Shown: positions 11,654 to 64,000 of the stretch, piece after piece
Layout: every line of letters starts with the position of its first letter
Position numbering within the stretch: position 1 is the stretch's first letter
Assembly: GCA_964016885.1 (NCBI GenBank)
Contig: OZ024742.1
Span: 198,028,001-198,092,000 of the forward strand
Direction: 5' to 3'
Source: Eledone cirrhosa
Lineage: Eukaryota
DNA: 64,000 nt
The notes under the pieces: generated by a model
Database searches by the model: none
Seen by the model: only the letters and a program-made list of their open reading frames with translations
Told to the model about the DNA's origin: nothing
Translations under genes and position numbers: made by a program

Positions 11654-13935
11654 CAGCAGCAGCAGGAATAGTAGTAGGTGCTGTTGTAGTAATAATAGGT
11701 TTTATCGTTGTGGTAGTAGTTCTTGTTTTAGTAGTAGTAGTAGTAGTAGTAGTAGTTATAGTAATAGTTCCATGAGTTGTTTCCTGATCCTTTACAATTC
11801 CCCGAAACTGGTCGACGCCCTACAATCAAAAACATTCCAGCCGTGACCATCCATCTTGTCTCTTTTATCTCCAGGTATATAGTCCCCCCACAGTCCCATA
11901 GGACCACCACAGCACAAGGCTACATTATCTAACAAATCCTTTTCTTTTAACATTTTCTTCTTCATTACAATAAGGTGTAAATTGAGGGAGATTTGACTGC
12001 TGTTTCTAACTGGTCAAACAACAACACTGAGACTTCCCCACACCCATCACCACCTCCTCCCTCCCAATCATAAATAACACTAGAACTGTAGAGTTTGAGA
12101 GTGAAGACACACTTACAGTTACACATATTTAACTACTGTTACAACTACTACAACTACTACAGCAGCCACTACAGCAGCTACAACTACAATAACAACTACA
12201 TCAAATTACAACAGGAACAACTACTACACCTCACACTACAACAACTACTACACCTCAAACTACAACAACTACTACACCTCAAACTACAACAACAACTACT
12301 ACACCTCACACTACAACAACTACTACACCTCAAACTACAACTACTACTACACCTCACACTACAACAACTACTACTACACCTCACACTACAACAACTACTA
12401 CACCTCAAACTACAACAACTACTACTACACCTCAAACTACAACAACTACTACTACACCTCACACTACAACAACTACTACACCTCAAACTACAACTACTAC
12501 TACTACACCTCACACTACAACAACTACTACACCTCACACTACAACAACTACTACACCTCAAACTACAACAACAACTACAACAACTACTACACCTCAAACT
12601 ACAACAACTACTACACCTCAAACTACAACAACTACTACTACACCTCAAACTACAACAACTACTACTACACCTCGCACTACAACAACTACTACACCTCAAA
12701 CTACAACAACTACTACACCTCAAACTACAACAACTACTACACCTCACACTACAACAACTACTACTACACCTCGCACTACAACAACTACTACACCTCACAC
12801 TACAACAACTACTACTACACCTCAAACTACAACAACAACTACTACACCTCACACTACAACAACTACTACACCTCACACTACAACTACTACTACACCTCAA
12901 ACTACAACAACTACTACTACACCTCGCACTACAACAACTACTACACCTCAAACTACAACAACTACTACACCTCAAACTACAACAACAACTACAACAACTA
13001 CTACACCTCAAACTACAACAACTACTACACCTCAAACTACAACAACTACTACTACACCTCGCACTACAACAACTACTACACCTCAAACTACAACAACTAC
13101 TACACCTCAAACTACAACAACAACTACAACAACTACTACACCTCAAACTACAACAACTACTACACCTCACACTACAACAACTACTACACCTCAAACTACA
13201 ATAACTACTACACCTCAAACTACAACAACTACTACACCTCAAACTACAACAACTACTACACCTCAAACTACAACAACTACTACACCTCACACTACAACAA
13301 CTACTACACCTCACACTACAACAACTACTACACCTCAAACTACAACAACTACTACACCTCAAACTACAACAACTACTACACCTCAAACTACAACAACTAC
13401 TACACCTCAAACTACAACAACTACTACACCTCAAACTACAACAACTACTACACCTCAAACTACAACAACTACTACTACTACTACAACTACGCCTTAACAA
13501 CTATACCTACAACAAAAACAAGAACTACTACTATTACTTCTACTGCTACTCTATCTACAAATATATATACTACTACAACTACAACAACTATTTGTAACTA
13601 TATCAACTACAACAGTGTCTATAAGAACTACTACAACAGATACTATATTTACAATATCTACAAATATATGTACCACTACATCTACAACAACTACAACAAC
13701 AACAACTATATCTACAAATATATGTACTACTACATCTACAACAACTATATCTACAAATATATGTACTACTACATCTACAACAACAACAACTACAAATACG
13801 ACTACAACTATATATACCACAGCTACTATATTTACAATAACAACAACAGCTATATTTACCAATATATGTAGCACTACACCTACAACTTGTAACTATAACA
13901 ACAACTACAACAGTATCCATAAGAACTACTACAAC
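9015..13935. repeat. Block of simple and compound repeats: (CA)n-rich, (CAA/CAG)n, (TAG)n, and a 21-24-bp CTACACCTCAAACTACAACAACTA minisatellite
   Basis: Directly visible periodicity; explains the poly-HT, poly-Q, poly-L, poly-V and LLHLKLQQ ORFs. Confidence 0.95.
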
Positions 13936-13954
13936 TAAATCTAGAATTAGAGAA

Positions 13955-63029
<49,075 letters not shown>

Positions 63030-63062
63030 TATATTGACATATTTACATCTGCCTTAGTACAC

Positions 63063-63094
<32 letters not shown>

Positions 63095-63115
63095 GTTATA
63101 TACATACATACATGG

Positions 63116-63511
63116 TGGTGGCTGCCAACTCGTTTTCGAGTACGGCCACTACTTTATATCCATGTAGGAGAACCCCTACCGATGCGCTGAACGAGTGTGA
63201 CTTTTTAGTCCAGCCAGCGACTTGAAAACTCTGGTACAAACACTACATCTGTGACAATTATTGACACATAGTGCTGGGCACATGGTACCATGTGACGACA
63301 AGTGCAGAGAGATCTCCAGATATAAAGCAATGCCTGTGCTGTGAAGTTTTTATAGTGAGCAAAGGCACTGCACAAAGCCTGTCCCACTCTCTTAACCAAG
63401 ATGATATTTACCAACATCATTGGATACCATCAGGGTTGCAGGTGTTATATCAGAGTTTTCCTTCTCCTAGAATTCTCCCTTGACAAAGGCTAAGGGGTCA
63501 TCTCTCCCGGA
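63116..63511 (-). mobile_element. Element X, 5'-truncated, in the presumptive 3' UTR
   Basis: Reverse complement of the 3' two-thirds of 31627-32235 with a small internal deletion. Confidence 0.88.
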
Positions 63512-63555
63512 TACATACATACATACATACATACATACATACATACATACATACA

Positions 63556-63584
<29 letters not shown>

Positions 63585-63587
<3 letters not shown>

Positions 63588-63920
63588 CATAATATGAAAG
63601 ACTACTGGTGGAATGTTCCAGTAAAAACCCCAATAAAATACAGGCATAAAAGACCAGATATAATGATATGGGACAGGGAAAAGAAGGCATGCACAGTAGT
63701 GGAAGTTAGCTGCCCAGCAGATGCCAATATAATATCAAAGATTAGCGAAAAGGAGAATATTTATGCAGAACTAATGAGAAATCTGCAGATACTCCACCCT
63801 GACTATACCTTCAGATGTATGCCTGTGATTATTGGAGCACTTGGATATATTAGTAACTGCCTCAGTACAAATCTTGAGAAGCTGGGCTTCCCAGAAACAG
63901 AAAGAACATGACTAGTTGAA
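63585..63920 (+). mobile_element. RLE-type non-LTR retrotransposon fragment
   Basis: HKRPDIMIWDREKKACTVVEVSCPAD; paralogue of 3109-3528. Confidence 0.85.
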
Positions 63921-64000
63921 ACGTAAGCAGGGATGCAGAGGCCTAACATCAGTCCAGACAGCATTTGAGTGTCGCATCATATCCTTCCAACAACATTTAC

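Overview
Eukaryotic, AT-rich, microsatellite- and transposon-saturated animal DNA. The repeat families (RTE LINEs, tRNA-headed CORE- and Deu/Nin-domain SINEs, Penelope-like elements, long (TA)n tracts) fit an octopod cephalopod best; that assignment is inference. One host gene can be assembled by hand on the + strand: a 7-exon, about 507-aa Cys-loop receptor subunit of the nicotinic acetylcholine receptor family (13955-63029; exon 1 tentative). It has a cation-type GEK filter but no loop-C vicinal cysteines or tyrosines, and a 35.8-kb intron 2 full of nested elements. The rest is RTE, CR1/L2, Tx1/L1 and RLE-type LINE copies, two Penelope-like elements with inverted pseudo-LTRs, a non-autonomous Helitron, MITEs, SINEs and minisatellites. 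The most striking unannotated signal is about 12 type I hammerhead ribozyme motifs with mostly unrelated flanking sequence. Several have unusually long, structured stem II extensions, and several lie in sense orientation close to exons 2 and 3 of the receptor gene. All folds and splice models were read by eye and need computational and experimental confirmation. Most long ORFs in the track are artefacts of simple repeats.
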